Below, piece by piece: positions 38,217 to 51,366 of a stretch of 64,000 bases of DNA (position 1 is its first letter; the number at the start of each line of letters is the position of its first letter). The notes beneath the pieces were generated by a model, which had not been told where the DNA came from, made no database searches, and saw only the letters and a program-made list of their open reading frames with translations. Origin of the DNA: Octopus sinensis (Eukaryota); contig NC_043013.1 of the NCBI RefSeq assembly GCF_006345805.1, positions 48,050,001 through 48,114,000 on the forward strand, read 5' to 3'. Position numbers and translations under genes: made by a program.

Positions 38217-39026
38217 TAATCCATAAAAAGTCAGGAGGTATGAGATGTGAATTTATTTACTTAGCCATTTGTAGCCCTTAGGATTACGGCCGTTTCGCAG
38301 CCGTCATTATGTGATAATATTTTCAGTGTGTAATAACTTATGTGACATGACTGCATTAATATGCAAAATAAATAATGCAGGTAAATAAAGCTAGCTCATC
38401 AGATAACCAGAACGTCATGGTTACACCAATGTCTCAACTCTAAGTATACATGCAAAATTTGTCCATATGTACAGCAAATAACTACCAATCGACAATAGTA
38501 CGTTTAACACGAAAATTATACAACTGTAACGCATTACCATATTGAAAGATGCATGCTGTCTTTAGTCAGTTATAATGTATATGAATATTCAACGGTTTTA
38601 CAGAAACAGAAGACAAATATTATTGAAATTTCAAAAACTTATTTACCTACAGCGGTTTCAGTGCCTACAGTGTGTCTTCAAAATTATAAGCTTACAGTTC
38701 CAGCGAAGGTAGCCCCCATATAGTGAGTAAACAAAACGTGAAAGACAACGGAAAGGATAAATGAAATATAGGTGAAAGGAAGAGGGAGTAGGAACTGAGA
38801 CAATGAATGAATAAAAAAGTATGAAGATATACTTATTCCCATATATGGTTAGAAGGAATAGACACAATTTATGTGAGATAATAATATGAAATGTTCGACC
38901 TCTTATAATCCAGTTCTTCGGTAGTTTTGGTATCTTTTATTTGTACATTTGATCTTTTGTGCTTGCCATAGTTTGCCAAATTTGCTGCTACCTGTCTGAT
39001 TGCGAGAACATTGTATGTGTGCGTGT

Positions 39027-39071
<45 letters not shown>

Positions 39072-39191
39072 TTCATTCACACTTTGAATTTGGTGATACT
39101 GGTAACGGCTTTAGCTCGCTCTGATACTGAGTTGAGATGATGCCTTCTAGTATCTCGAAATTTAATATACAATTATTCATAATTGTAGTGT

Positions 39192-39285
39192 CCTACGCTG
39201 ATGAGAAAAGAAGTTGGGTAAGACATAATCATCTAATTCTTATGCTTCCTAAAACTTAAATTAATTCGAAACGTACGTCCGTAGG
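39192..39285 (+). ncRNA. Type I hammerhead ribozyme, copy 1
   Basis: CCUACG-CUGAUGA-GAA(57 nt)UUC-GAAAC-GUAC-GUC/CGUAGG; fully canonical core; predicted cleavage after 39279. Confidence 0.8.
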
Positions 39286-39777
39286 TGACTTAAAATTGTA
39301 TGATAGATTGCCGTCATTTCATTCTCTCTTACCTGTCTGTGTTTGCCTTTCAAGTGCTGTGTTTTTACTGAGATCTCCCTTTTAGTAGAAAGAATAGCTA
39401 TAACTCTTTGACTGCTATTTCTAAATTCGGTGTGTGGTGAGGCAATTCGTTGCTAAACCCTTAATTACTTAGTATTACTTAAACTTTCCTCGAATGAGGC
39501 TTTTACATGCCGAAATCTACTTGGTGTAATTAATGATTATTCCAAATTAATTAATTTCACCCTATATTATTACTGATAACCATATTTCATCCCAGTAAAT
39601 GACCACAGCATCTTGTCTTGGCTACACGCTGGTGGGAAGGGGTTGGTGACACAAACTTTCATTCACACTTTGAATTTGGTGATACTGGTAACGGCTTTAG
39701 CTCGCTCTGATACTGAGTTGAGATGATGCCTTCTAGTATCTCGAAATTTAATATACAATTATTCATAATTGTAGTGT

Positions 39778-39868
39778 CCTACGCTGATGAGAAAAGAAGT
39801 TGGGTAAGACATAATTATCTAATTCTTATGCTTTCCTAAAACTTAATTTCGAAACGTACGTCCGTAGG
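39778..39868 (+). ncRNA. Type I hammerhead ribozyme, copy 2
   Basis: CCUACG-CUGAUGA-GAAA(52 nt)UUUC-GAAAC-GUAC-GUC/CGUAGG; predicted cleavage after 39862. Confidence 0.82.
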
Positions 39869-40055
39869 TGACTTAAAATTGTATGATAGATTGCCGTCAT
39901 TTCATTCTCTCTTACCTGTCTGTGTTTGCCTTTCAAGTGCTGTGTTTTTACTGAGATCTCCCTTTTAGTAGAAAGAATAGCTATAACTCTTTGACTGCTA
40001 TTTCTAAATTCGGTGTGTAGTGAGGCAATTCGTTGCTAAACCCTTAATTACTTAG

Positions 40056-40106
<51 letters not shown>

Positions 40107-40786
40107 CAAGAAGAAAATGGAGGGGATCAGTAGGTGGTTCATCAACTTTTAGACATAATATTATGTCAACTTATTTATTTATTTACTAAACTGACAATTA
40201 CAAGAATATACATACATGTATAACATATTTTTCTTTTCATATAAAATATATTAATATATAAAGATACCAGTAATTATTAAAATATAACATACAGTTATAT
40301 AAATTGGGAAAATAACTTGAAGCTGTTTCAGCCAAGAGGCAAAAATATCTCATTCTACATTTATTCCTCCAGTAGACTGAAGTAATTAGTAGATGAAATT
40401 GAGGTATCTGGGTGTTTCTCTAGGCTTCGTCAGGGATTTTAGAAAGTACATAAGGTTAAGTTATAAATATAAATAAATATAAATATAAATAAATACACAC
40501 ACATTTACATGCTTATACTTATACATATGCATATGCATACATATATGAATATACATAAATACATATACCTACACTTAAATGTACATACATATTTGCATGT
40601 ATATGCATACACAATAATCAATTATTATCATTATTATTATTAGATGCATTATATTATTCATATTAGATAAAATATAAACAGAGGTATGAGGAAGTTATAA
40701 GAAGAGTAATATTGTAATTTATAAAATCAATACATCTTAAAGTTATTTCAGTTATGTAAGAACGAAACTGCATACACATGAGGAAC

Positions 40787-40843
<57 letters not shown>

Positions 40844-40859
40844 TACACACACAAATATA

Positions 40860-40901
<42 letters not shown>

Positions 40902-41058
40902 GTTTAAATATTTGTTGTGCAAGATTTATTGGCTAAACTGGCAATATGACCATTCCGAAATATAACAATATATATATATTATATATATAAGGATAATATC
41001 GATATTATCAAGTGACTAGCATGGGAATAAATACCATACAAAGGTAATAATATTTTAC

Positions 41059-41146
41059 AACTATAAATAAGGGTATCTGAGAGACACCAGGGATTTGACT
41101 GCTATTTCGGCATGGTGGTGTATCTCAGATACCCTTATGTATAGTT
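41059..41146. repeat. 88-bp hairpin (31-bp arms, 29/31 matching, 26-nt loop)
   Basis: AACTATAAATAAGGGTATCTGAGAGACACCA vs reverse complement AACTATACATAAGGGTATCTGAGATACACCA; (TA)n follows. Confidence 0.85.
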
Positions 41147-43091
41147 ATATATATATATGCATGTATGTATGTATGCATATGTAAAAAAATAGAAACTGGG
41201 ACAAGAACGCAAAACATTTAGAAGACGATACAAAAAACACGGACGGGACATTCGAAGCCTTCAATCTTCAGTCAAGAACCGGATCATCCTCGCGATTTCG
41301 ATATACATATATTTCCGCTCAAACATACTCATATGTATATACGTATTATATGTGTTTAGAAGGGAGGATCAGTGCAGTAGTTTGTATCATTATAATTATA
41401 AATACAATTATAACAATAGTACCCAGACTTATTTATATTTACATATAAACGTGATATGTTTATTACTCCGTTATTTTAGCTGACGTACCCGGTAATTCCC
41501 AGAAAAGTGGACCTTATCCCGTAGTTCTGTTCTCATAATTGTTTCGTTCATCCAATAACAACAATACAAAGTATGTAGCACTTAAAACGGTTTTGTGCAT
41601 TAACAGAGAACACCGAACTGTCTTACACAGGATCTTGTTTTTAAGAATTCCCAATAAGTTATGAATAACCAAATTGTGGAGTCACTTATGTAATAACATG
41701 AAATTAGTTACCCGATAGTAAGTATTCAAATAAAGTAGCCCCGAAAAGGGCCTTAATGCAAAAGTATATAGAACATAGGAGAAAATACTAATAAGGTATT
41801 ATACTAAAATTGTAAAGCATGTTACATAATAACAGACTAATCAGATATGAGATAACAATTCAAAGAAAAAACTCTGAAAAGGACTTTTGTGCGTTCTCTC
41901 TGGGGCGCTAGTGTTGGTATATTCGTGAATAAGTCACTAACTGAAATAAGTGGATCTATTGTTTAGGAAAATACTATTTACTTGTTTAAGGATTGTACTG
42001 GATAAATTGCGAAAATACCTCTAACAGTTCAATACTAAGAAATAAGCATACTCAATTTGATTTATGCCAAATAATTTAGAAAAATCAATAGGTTATTTCC
42101 CTTGATTTTTAAAATAAAATATATTAGATATACATAAGGATCCCTTCCAGGGGCCCTATTATCGATTTTTCAACAATCTGAGTATGCCATGAGGTTTCTA
42201 GACATGTAAAAAGATACGCCTTGAATATTATGTACGACTCTCACCCTATTTTCCTCACCTGTCTTCCTCATTTCTTCCTCTCCCTCTCTGTCCTCCCCTA
42301 TCTCTCCTTCTCTCTTTATCCCTTTCCCTCTCTGTCTATCCCCTTCCCCCTCCCTCTTATTCTTCAATCTCTTTTGCTTTGCTTCCTCACTTACCTCTCT
42401 TGTACTTTCTCTCTCCCTCTCTCCCTCTCATTCTTTAGTACTTATGATTTCTTCCCTTCTCTCCTATTCCTTAGTCCCTCTGCCCTCTTCAACTCATCCC
42501 CTCCTCTACCACGTGATCGCTCTCTGATTCAGACATTGTCGTCCTTTTTCGGCCGGCCGCCTTTGAGGTCGGACGCGTCTGTTCCGCTCTCTCCTGCTGC
42601 CCGGTCTGTTAAGATTTTTCCATTTCCATTTTCCTTGCGCTAGCTTGCTACACTCGTCTAATATTTGAAAGACACTGTTTGTTTAGTTTTATTTTTGTTG
42701 TAATAATTATTTTCCTTTTCTTGTACAGCCGAAAGGCGTTTGTCCATTGTATATGTATAATTCTATTTCATATGTTACGTTCGTCCGATAGTCGAAAGAC
42801 CTTTTCTTTTATTTACTTAATTGTTTTCGTATATGTACGTTCGTTTGCCTTGCCCAACAGCTTCATGCTTTTAGCTTAAGTCCCTGGCCCAACCGGCTCC
42901 GTGTATCTTGTTTTGTCTTGTTTGCCGTTCTCGTGCTATCGCCCTTTTTTCCTCATGTTGTGTTTTTTCTGTTCTACCTTTGATACACACACGCATACAC
43001 ACAGATATATATGTGTGTGTGTGTGTGTGTGTCACCATGATAGATCGTTAGCCACAACACACATTTTTTTCTCTCCTTGTTTTTTTTGTCC

Positions 43092-43127
43092 CTTTCTGTA
43101 GAAGAGCGTAGGCTCGAAACGTAAAAG
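43092..43127 (+). ncRNA. Family V hammerhead-like motif
   Basis: CUUU-CUGUAGA-A-GAGC(GUAG)GCUC-GAAAC-GUA/AAAG. Confidence 0.5.
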
Positions 43128-43218
43128 ACTTTTTCTATTCCTGAGCGTTATACTAATACATCTGTTTGTTTTGTACACCACCTGTCTTCGTCTTTTGTTT
43201 TTTTCGTAAAGTCTCCCT

Positions 43219-43302
<84 letters not shown>

Positions 43303-43605
43303 CTGTATATACACGCACACACACAATATATGGAAGACCGATTAGATGAAATTACCTTGGTATGGTCATTAAAAATAAATATAAATAATAAATATATTTT
43401 GTGTCATATCAGTTAAAATACTGGCTCTGAGTTCAAGAAATTGACTATTTTTAATTTTAACGAAAGAGAGAAAAGAGATACGATAGAGAGTAAAGTAGTT
43501 AAATCATTTTTTTTTTAATCTTAGAAAGTGTCTAAAAAATACAGAAAAAATATAAAATACAAAATAGATGAATTCGACAGGAAACAGACAGGTGTAGACA
43601 TGAAG

Positions 43606-43834
43606 GCGGCGAGCTGGCAGAAACGTTAGCACGCCGGGTGAAATGCGAAGCCATATTTAGTCTGCCGTTACGTTCTGAGTTCAAATTCCGCCGAGGTCGA
43701 CTTTGCCTTTCATCCTTTCAGGGTCGATAAATTAAGTACCAGTTACGCACTGGGGTCGATGTAATCGACGTAATCCGTTTGTCTGTCCTTGTTTGTCCTC
43801 TCTGTGTTTAGCCCCTTGTGGGTAATAAAGAAAT
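43606..43834 (+). mobile_element. SINE family B with intact 16-bp TSD
   Basis: AGGTGTAGACATGAAG at 43590-43605 and 43835-43850. Confidence 0.92.
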
Positions 43835-44576
43835 AGGTGTAGACATGAAGATGAAGGAGATGGTTTAACTTTTATATTCTCAGCTGCCTCTTGATATAAT
43901 AAAGTGTTCCCTGAAGATCCGTTGTGGTTGAGCCTCTATATACACTTGGAACTTCTATGGCAGGGCTTCAAATAACGAAGACTATGGTGACCTGTATAAG
44001 TACAACATATAGTCCATTACATAAAAACTCAGTATAATATATTACATTCCATAGTGCACATGTGTGGATGTTTAGTAATGTACACGGTCGTATGCATTGT
44101 AATATGAAATATAATATGAAAAAAGAATAAGTTATATCAGAAACATAACAAAAAAAAATATTTCAATATGTTCGTTTCAATAATGCATATTCCGCTGCAG
44201 TGTTATGCAATCCGCTTATGCATCACTTCTTCGGGCAATAAGGTTCATACAAAAATATGAAAAATATATTAGTCTCGCCCAAATAATGAATGAAGAAAAA
44301 TAAGCAAAATATGATGAAAAGGTAAGAAAAGAAACGTCAGTGGAGCAGAACAGCAGAAGTCGACAAGAAGGTATCATACTTAACATATATCAAGTGACAG
44401 GGGTGGTTCTTTGTGGGTTTTTGGAATATATATCAACCGTATCAAAGCTAATAAATAAAGGAAGATAAGAGAACCGAAAAATAAGGAGATAATACCGTGT
44501 GCAATCATCCATTTGAAATAAAAAAAAAGAAGACATGTGTATACATGTATATATATATATACATATATATACGTAT

Positions 44577-44650
<74 letters not shown>

Positions 44651-44916
44651 CATATATATATAGAGAGAGAGATATGTAGATAGGTAGATATAGATATAAT
44701 TATATATATAGATGCATGTATGGGTACAGCACGTCACCAACAGTGCAAATGATATGAATACGTAAACAAAGAGGTGGAAACGTGTAAAGTACGTAAACAA
44801 CGAGAAAAAATGGAAAGCAGGACAAGTTATTTATTTACATTATTTACAATTGACGGATATTTGTTCTCATCTTGTTTGTTGTTAACACAACGTTTCGGCT
44901 GATATACCCTCCAGCC

Positions 44917-45047
44917 GTGGGCATATGGCGTAGTGGTTAAGAGCGCGGGCTACTAACCCCAAGATTCCGAATTTGATTCCAGGCAGTGACCTGAATAATA
45001 ATGATAATGATAATAATAATAATAATATAATAATAATAATAATAATA

Positions 45048-45086
<39 letters not shown>

Positions 45087-45195
45087 TAATAATAACAATA
45101 ATAATAACAACATCGAAAAATACTTTAGGAATGAGAACCCAGATTCGAAATTTCCACAAGACACCTGATGAAGGCTGGAGGGTATATCAGTCGAA
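44917..45195 (+). mobile_element. tRNA-headed element: Pol III-like head + (TAA)n + hammerhead module (family D)
   Basis: A box TGGCGTAGTGG, decayed B box GAATTTGATTCC, TAA tract, then AACATCGAAAAATAC.TTAGGAATGAGAACCCAG..GACACCTGATGAAGGCTGGAGGGTATATCAG.CGAA (same module as 27705-27860). Confidence 0.65.
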
Positions 45196-45580
45196 GATGT
45201 ACATCGTATGTAGAACTATTTTAATACACACAGACAGACACACACACACATACGGTACCTAGCAATGGTATTTTCTGTGCGTTATACTTATTTCTATGTT
45301 CTAGGATTTTTTATTGTTTCCAAATTATCTATCATTCGGGATACCTCTATTTCCAGAAATTACTTAGATAATTTCCCTCTATCCTTTTAGAGATACTTCA
45401 TCACCTATTGATACTTGCATGTCGATTCAGAAATGTCTCTTCCTGCTTTCCTCGGTAACAATATTTGGTCGGTTAACCTTGATCTGTGTTTGTTGGATTG
45501 TTCCAGAGTATGGTGGCATTGCCATTCTCGAAGACCTTTTCTGGTGTATGTCTATACCATCTATTTTCAGTTGGTATTTT

Positions 45581-46330
45581 GTTGTGGTGGACACCCCCAA
45601 GTGAGAAGTGGGCTAGTCCACTACTAATAAATAGTGCACGGGCACAGCAAGTAGTGTAAGTTGGCGAGGTACGCCGTACGGGCCAGTTACGAAATACGTT
45701 GTCATAATGCGGGACATATCAGTGGCGACGAGTATTCGTACACACGCAATGAAAAATAAATCCTGTTGAAGAAGGAACTGAACTACACACAGTGAAAAAT
45801 ATATAAGATCTATTGAAAAAAGGTTCTGAAGAAAAAATGTCGGATAAAACTGGAACTCTAACACAGAACTGAACTATACACAGTAAAAAATAATATCAAT
45901 CCCGTTCGAAGGATTTTAGTCAGGTTGTTATGTATTAGTAGCGCTACCGGTAAACAATGTAGATTGGTACTACATATGGTATTCTGAAAATAAAAATAAT
46001 TGTGTGGAAGAAAAAATAATAACAATAATAATAAGTCTGTGGGAAGGATTTAAGTCAGGTCGCTATGTGCTAGTAGCACTACCGATAAACAATGTAGACG
46101 GGTATTACCTGTGGCATTCTGAAGAGAAAAATGTAAAAAGAAATAATAATAAAGCTGTGTGAACGAAGAAAAAAGATCTCAAATGGGGCGGTGTTATGGC
46201 GGACACCCCCAAGTGAGAAGTGGGCTGGTCCATACTAATAAATAGTGGACAGACACAGCAAGTAGTGCCAATCGACGAGGTACGCCATAGGGGCCAGTCA
46301 CACAAGACGACGAAATACAGCGTCATATCA
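45581..46330. mobile_element. Unclassified insert with about 130-bp terminal direct repeats 612 bp apart
   Basis: GGACACCCCCAAGTGAGAAGTGGGCT.GTCCA.. at 45589 and 46201; internal ~125-bp duplication (about 45908-46140); interrupts the R4 reading between IHWK and KIPTEN. Confidence 0.65.
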
Positions 46331-46904
46331 TATTTCATAGTTCTGTACTACTTCCAGTGAATGCAAGTCCCAAATCTATCTTATCTGTTAGTATATTATA
46401 TCTTGATTAGGACTAGACATTCAAAGATCCTCAGGTTAAATGTTCCTCGTCCATCTCCATTTAATCTGTAGTCACTGCAGTCTGCTTCATTATATACTTT
46501 TTGTGGTTTCTATAGAGGTGTCTGTGTTCCTGTGCTGCAATAAAAAAGTAGGTATTTTTGCAGTCCTATGGTGGTTATTTTATAGTGGTTTTCCAGCTTT
46601 ATAAGGCCTCTACCACCTTCTATACGTTGTATATATGGCCTTTCTATGTCAGATTTTGGATGATGCATCCTAGATCCTGCTTCTGTTTTGAGTTCTGCAC
46701 TTCTCGACCATTGTTGAGATGTTTCTTTGTCTATTTCCACTCTATTCAGTTTAGACCTAAATTTAGATTTTAGCTGTTACACGTTTCGTTTTTATACTTT
46801 ACTAAATTTTCTTCATAGTCATTTGTTACTGCAGCACTGTTGTGTATTTGTTGGCTCCTTAGCAGACAGAGTTTTTTTTTTAGTTTCATTTTAGTATTCT
46901 ATTA

Positions 46905-47370
<466 letters not shown>

Positions 47371-47890
47371 CGCCTGTTCATATTTCATGGTTATTAGTAT
47401 TAATTTTCCAGTTATTTTGTAATTCTACAGTGGATATTTTGTAATAGTTTTCTTATTTGCATGAAACACCTACTGCCTTGAATTCGAAGAAGACAGATTT
47501 TGTATGCTATGTTCTGAAAGCAATCATTATTTTCTTTGTTTTCCTGTTTAGTGTAATTAGCTTGTTTAGTGTTCAATTTAAAATATTAAGACTAACTTAA
47601 TGAGGCTGTTAGATTATTGATGCCTTTTCTCCCTTTTTTTCATTTAACTCTATTTTAAGTATTATTCTGATAGCTTTTCTTTCACTTGTGTATGCTGTAC
47701 ACTCATTGATTCCTAAGTATTTGTATGACTGTCTTTGGTCTAATTCGTTTACCCCCATTTCTTTTTCAAGTATGATATTAGCTGCTGCTAATTTTTCTCT
47801 CTTCAATGTCGCTTTGGCGTATTTTTCTAAGTTGAGTCGCATAGTTATTTCTTTCGTAAACTAGTGTATTTTCTGCAGTAAAGTTTCGAG

Positions 47891-48318
47891 GGAACTTTTC
47901 GGTTTGAACGGCAGTTTTTTCTAGCGGTGTCACCCATAATTAAGTTGTCACCCATAATTATGACCCTAGTATCGATCTATTGCATTTCAATCTGTTTTAG
48001 GGTTAGGGTTGGTTAGGGGTGGGGGGAAGGGTATTTTTTTTCTTCAGAAATGTAAATAAACCCAATCTGTTTCTTAAACGAGGGACATATTCATACGGCA
48101 CAGAATGTTTTTTTTACCTCAATAGACGTCATTGATTGGTTGAAATTGCAGAAATTGAAGAAAAAAAAACAACAAATATCTTACAAACTATAGAATTTTC
48201 TCAATAAAGCCAAGAGAAAAAGATGTTTTAGAAACACATTCTACCAGTATACGAAGTTTAAAATTTTTTAGTTACCTAGAAATTATGTTAAAAACTGCCG
48301 TTCAAACCGAAAAGATCC
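47891..48318. mobile_element. MITE with 29-bp TIRs and 8-bp TSD (Merlin-like)
   Basis: TIRs GGA(A/T)CTTTTCGGTTTGAACGGCAGTTTTT match at 28/29; GTTTCGAG duplicated at 47883-47890 and 48319-48326; removing it restores the RT peptide KQLETLLQK. Confidence 0.92.
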
Positions 48319-49337
48319 GTTTCGAGTTGTTTATCATTTTCTGTGTACTATTTGACATCATCCATATGTAAAAGATAGTTAATTGGCTTATCGAAGAATT
48401 TCTATCTATATCCAGATCTGTTTAACATGTCTGTAAAAGACGTCAGTCGCAGAAAGAAAAGGAAAAGGAAAAGGCCGTGCCTCTGGAATATTCCTCCTCT
48501 AATTGATTTGGGCTTTGTTTTTGCAATTTCCATTGTGTCTGTCACTGCAAGCTATTTGCCATACGCTCATCTCCTATTTCCAGAATCTCCTTATTATTGA
48601 TGCTACCTTATTCATGACTAACATTTTCAGGATTCATTTGTGGAAAATACTATCAAAGTCATCCAGTATTCAGTCTATGTCGTATCCATACTCTTCTTTT
48701 CGAGAGTAATTGATTATTGTTTTATTAATCAATAATTAATCCTTGTAGCCATATGAACTTTTGTAGCATCCTCTCCGCTTTTCTGGAAACAGAAAATTTT
48801 CCAGATGCCAGCTTACCTTCTGCGATATTATTGCCGTTAAGGTTTTGTATATTGTAGGAAGACATGTTAAATGTATATATTTTTGAGGATTTTAGGTTTC
48901 TGTAGATTTGAGATGATTTCTCCCTTCCATGAGCCTGTCAGGTGCTGCAGCTTCTATGTTCTTCTATGTTGTTCGTTTTCGTTTTGGTATTCTTGTCTTT
49001 GAATCTGCATGAGTACCCACTTCCTTTGTAAGCACACTGACTACCAAATACATTTCTTCATTTAGCTTGGTAATGTTAATGTTTGGATCTGTTTTAATTA
49101 AGTCTGCAATAGCCAAGAGTTATTTTATTGTTTCTTTTGTTGGTATTTTATCGTTGCGTTTTATCCCCAGGGGTGCTTTCATCGGTTCCTAGGAAAATCT
49201 TTTATTGCTCTTAAGCCTTGAATTATACTCAGTTTTAGCATCGCATGATATCCACTTTTAGAATTTCCTAGTTTTAAATCTTCCTCATATCCCTTTTCAT
49301 TTATACTTTTGTTTGTACAGTTTTGAGGTGAGAAGTG

Positions 49338-49388
<51 letters not shown>

Positions 49389-50500
49389 TAATTGTCTCGT
49401 CTTGAAGGACAGTTATTCATGTTCATATGTCCACTTCTATGTTGCATGTTTATCCATTTATTGTTTGTTTGTTCTTGTTGTTATGTTTTGGTCCCATTTC
49501 CCGGCAGCTTCCTTTTGTTGCTGGCACCACCAGAAGGAATCAACATTATCGTTAAAGGCATGAAATTGCGTTTGACCTGGCCAATAACTGATGAGGTGGT
49601 GAGCTTCTGTGTCTATTTCCCGTTTGTTTGTGCATTTATTATATGTTTTTTTAACTTGTGTGTGTGTGTGTGTGTACGCATGTGCGTGTGTGTAGTTCTA
49701 CAGTTTGGGTATGTCGTGTTTAGACGTTTGTTTCCTTTTTGTTGTACATATTCTTCAGGTCTTACATTCTCGGTACTTTTTTCGCGTTTACAGGAGCTAG
49801 TGTGGGGAGTAAGGTTCTTTGAGGAAACAGAAAAGATGCATAGGAGCACATTTTTTGTTGGAGCTCCCATGCTTTGCTAAGTGGGGACGTAGAGGAAGAG
49901 TTTTTAGATTTTGTTCAATGCATGCAGTTTGAATTTAAGAGTGATTTGAGCATCATTTGGGAAGACAATTTTTCCTAATCTAATGTATCACCATCTTGAA
50001 TAACTTCCTCTAGAAATTGAAATACTCTCTTACTACCAATATAGAAGTTTCTACTGATGAACTTTCATTCCGGGAGCAAAGTTATCATTCATCTGAGCTT
50101 TATCATTCGCAGAAAGTTTCAGTTTCTTTGATTGGAACATTGTCAAGAGGTGTGGATAATGTTATGTTCGTTGTTCAATGAGGTGAAACACAAACTCGTT
50201 AAAAATTGCACGAGAAAGACAAAGGAAGAGAGAAAGGGGGAAAGAGAAAGAAGGCAAGATAGATCGATACCTATATTTAGTAATAATTATAATTTATTTT
50301 ATCGAGAAATGTATCTTTGAAATAAAATCTCAAAAGCCGTGCTCTACTTGTAATTTCATAGATTATAGCTACCATGTTATGTCACAGAGTGTATGTTGAT
50401 GTGGATGAGATGATCACGGATGGAACGTCTTTGATCACAGTTCTGTCTTTATCAAGTTTACCTGCACCAACCTTCCTTCCTCTATTTCATTTATTTCTTT

Positions 50501-50775
50501 GCAAAGCCTAGTACTTGTTTTATCGGTCTTCTGCTGAGCAGCTACGTTATGGGAACATAAACACACCAACACCATTTGTTAAGTGGTGTTGAGGGACCAA
50601 CACATTCACACACACATATAAACGACGGGCTTCTTTCAGTTTCGGCCAACCAAATCCACTCACAAGATCTTGGTCGGCCCCAGGCTATAGTAGAAAACGC
50701 TTGCCCGAAGTGCGAGGCAGTGGGACTGAACCTGGAACCATGTGGTTGGGAAGCAAGCTTCTTACCACACAGACC
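50501..50775 (-). mobile_element. SINE family A
   Basis: Head and body on the minus strand. Confidence 0.8.
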
Positions 50776-50809
50776 GCAAAATTCATAATTTTTTAAACAA
50801 TACATTATC

Positions 50810-51110
50810 ATCACCAATATTATTAGTCAGGTTTTATCGTTAAAAACCAACATTAACAGAAACGACTCAGCGACCGAGCCTCTGCATGATTGTTAGATGT
50901 GCTGGAAGTAGCAGCCAAATTCCAGCCAAATTCCCTTAAATCACTCTCCGTAGGAAGAGTGATTATATATTAAACAAAAAGAAGATTATATATATTAAAC
51001 AATGTAGTCTAAGATATCTCTAAAACGGTATGGTGGTCACGTCTAGAAGGCTTTTGGTAAACACATCCACTGGAATAGAGCTGATCTAGGGTTGAAAAAA
51101 AAAATCCTCA
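50810..51110 (+). mobile_element. Dispersed SINE-like family G (also about 51800-51930, 52300-52560, 58010-58235)
   Basis: Shared blocks GAA(A/G)TAGCAGCCAAAT.., GG.ATGGT(C/G)A.GGCT(A/G)GAA.G.CTTT.GATCA.A, GGGCTGA.C..GGG..AAA.AACAAC. Confidence 0.55.
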
Positions 51111-51257
51111 TCAACGACAGAACTGGAATCAACATTATAACCATTTCCCTCTCCCCCCTCCCCCCCACCTCCCCGACATTAGTAGTAGGCAATAAATCTT
51201 AAATTAAAAGACGGATGTGGAAGGGTGACAAGGAATGATATGAAGGTATAGATAGAC

Positions 51258-51308
<51 letters not shown>

Positions 51309-51309
51309 C

Positions 51310-51366
<57 letters not shown>

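Larger units (their letters stand above)
39067..40057 (+). mobile_element. About 1.7-unit tandem repeat (586-bp unit) with two hammerheads; retrozyme/PLE-LTR-like
   Basis: Units start at 39067 and 39653 and are near-identical over about 405 bp; (TA)n on both flanks. Confidence 0.8.

Noticed and set aside
41240-41300. Hammerhead on the minus strand in the repeat shared with 61545-61640
   Set aside because: CUGAAGA is present but is followed by GAAU rather than GAAA, with no workable stems I/III in either copy.
47997-48031. Chromosome end or telomere
   Set aside because: Only three TTAGGG hexamers, and they lie inside a TIR-bounded MITE.
50054-50090. CUGAUGA followed by a hairpin
   Set aside because: No GAAA after the stem; lies within the probable R4 5' region.
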